Shown in pieces: positions 61,948 through 64,000 of a stretch of 64,000 bases of DNA. Made by a program: the position numbers and the translations under genes. Position 1 is the first letter of the stretch. Every line of letters starts with the position of its first letter. Under the pieces are notes generated by a model. It was given only the letters and a program-made list of their open reading frames with translations, ran no database searches and had not been told where the DNA came from. Origin of the DNA: Polymyxa betae A26-41 (Eukaryota; Protista; Endomyxa: Phytomyxea); the NCBI GenBank assembly GCA_003693705.1, contig RBZT01000656.1, positions 65,902-129,901 of the forward strand, given 5' to 3'.

Positions 61948-63724
61948 GATGACAGCTATAAGAGCTCTCTTAGGCACGCGACAAATTGGATATTGGGTCA
62001 AAGCCAGGAAGGGAACGGAAAGTGACAGCGGAAGTCCCGGTTCCGGAATTAATCAACAAATTCTCGAAAGGGAGTGACCCTTGTCTGTTATAATTGGAGG
62101 GATTAATCGGAAGGAAAGTGAATTTGGTTCAAATGGGACAGGGCTGCGCAAGGAAAGTTCCTGAAACAAATGGTAGATTTTTGGTCCGTTGTAGGAAGCA
62201 ATGAATTACGAATGGAATTATTACACGAGTCAATTATGACTCACATTATTGAAGGAAAAACTTGAAAACGTTCTTTTATAACCTTGAGGAAGAATGTTTC
62301 GGTCGTGACTCACCCTGTTGCTCATCGATCCTAACACCTATTACTTACTATTGACGATGTCATAGATTAAAAATGCCAATCCTTCAACTAGGTATTACCA
62401 GTTTTCATTTCTAAATATTGCAGCACAGATATATATACAGAGTTCTACCTCCCTACAGTGGCATCTTTGATAAGAACATTTTCTTGATACCTATAACAAA
62501 AACTCGCGGAACAATTATTTTTCTAGATATGGGGATTTTTAGCCAAGTGTAGTGACATTGTGAGCATGTTGAATAACGTTCTATAGTATTATGAACGCAG
62601 GTTCCGGTATCAAATATTTATTCTTTGCGTAATGGAGCAAAACAGTCTCGTATGGTTGATTGTCGTATACAATCAATTCTAACACGTTCTTTCGCAAAGA
62701 GAGGGCGACGTAGGCGATTGAGAATGTCGTAGAGCGAGCAACGCCGAACTCTCAGCGGCTTTCACGAATCCAATCCAATCCAACCCTTAGTAACGACCGC
62801 TGATCTAAGTATAGAACAGCTAGTTCCGTTTCAAGCTCCAACCGCTTACTCATCGTCGGATCTGACGACATTATGATCGATTCTTGAACGACAATGATAC
62901 CCTGACGAGCCCTCCATAGGTACCGCTAAAGCCAACTTTCGACTAAAGTGTACCGAAGGGCTGCGCTGAGCCAAGACGCTGCGTAATTTAATCACTGAAT
63001 TTGAGAACCGGTGTTTGCCACTATCGCCTTTTGGGAGGTATGGTGAGTTTGGAGTCTCCAGTTTCCATTAAGTGCGACAAACTCATCATAAAACGATTGA
63101 CAAATTGAAGAACTGAAACATACGGTATATTTAAACAATATATTGAAATGAGTGAAAAATTAGAATGTCGTCCTAGCAGCCATACGTTCTTTCAGGAACT
63201 ATGATTTCTTTGACTTTGAGGACATCCAGGATGTTGGATTGAGGCAATGGCCCGCGATTCGTCCAAAGGCTACAAATATTTGAATCAATCAATAGGTGGT
63301 AAGTTTATACATCTGTCTTTTGGACGCTGTCAGTTTGTCACTTTTGCAATTTAAGAGCTGTTTATCGATGATATCAATTACCGCTCATGTTATTCTGAGC
63401 TCGAAATATATTGTCGAGACCGTAAGACTTAGCCTGACCTCCAACCTATCAGAAATATGGAAAAGATAATTGCATATATAATCAGCATCATTTATATATC
63501 ACTAGAATTATGCATCCTCTGAAATGTCCTCTCAATAAAGCATCGGAAACATAAATGATGGAGGAATTTCTTCGTAAATCATATATCAGAAATGCAAGAA
63601 AAAAAAGGTCAAAAACGACCAATCCTCAAGTCCGTGGCGGACTCCCTCCATGGTTCAGACGGTCGCCCTCTGAGAAAATCACCACAAATTCCGTCGTACT
63701 GGACCGCCACGTTACGACGCCGCG

Positions 63725-64000
63725 ATGGGTCCCGGTCAGGATGTCGAACAATCGACGGCGATCTCAATGGCGGCCGACGCCCTCCTGGATGCGATTCAGC
63801 TCCCGGAACATCCCGATACCACCTTCACATCCGTCTCCGCATCTCCGGACGCCGTACACGCCCAGCTCGCACGCATCCAGCGCCTACTCAGCAGCGATGC
63901 GGCCCAGCAGCAGCAGCTCCAGTGCGCTGCCGGCGATGTCGTCCTGGGCGTACCGGCCCCGCGCCCCATCCAGCTCGCATTTCGGGCCCCGGACGAGGTC
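63725..64000 (+). CDS. 5' part of a hypothetical protein running off the window
   Basis: ATG at 63725 opens a GC-rich frame (MGPGQDVEQSTAISMAADALLDAIQL...) with no stop before 64000. Confidence 0.55.
   Translation, partial: MGPGQDVEQSTAISMAADALLDAIQLPEHPDTTFTSVSASPDAVHAQLARIQRLLSSDAAQQQQLQCAAGDVVLGVPAPRPIQLAFRAPDEV

Overview
Gene-dense eukaryotic (protist) nuclear DNA with short GT-AG introns (mostly about 45-55 nt) and very small intergenic spacers; not prokaryotic. About 30 protein-coding genes are recognisable: DNA2, CSN6, NUP205, mL46, a cNMP-binding protein, CPSF2, a CinA/MoCF-domain protein, AP5M1, a GT-A glycosyltransferase, a two-domain arginine deiminase, PUB and SET proteins, a Qc-SNARE, STN1, ADA2, GAA1, a SHIPPO/STPG repeat protein, an RRM protein, a gelsolin/severin, a PDH E2-like protein, DPH5, uS17m, an LRR protein, a cyclin and two tandem CTL/PNS1 genes. 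There are also several candidate secreted proteins (RING-like, DPBB/expansin-like with a Q-rich tail, His/Asp-rich). A nested transposon graveyard at about 23.95-26.3 kb holds a Crinkler/RHS-type REase pseudogene, a copia gag fragment capped by a perfect 21-bp foldback, a Myb/SANT fragment and two related LTR-like segments sharing a covarying hairpin. The compact style, flagellar gene and effector-like genes suggest a zoosporic parasite such as a plasmodiophorid, but this is inference only. Gene boundaries were assembled by eye across introns and are approximate. I found no tRNA, rRNA or CRISPR array, and no clearly new multi-gene system. The best leads are the overlapping convergent stop codons, the effector candidates, the ADI architecture and the structures in the TE nest.
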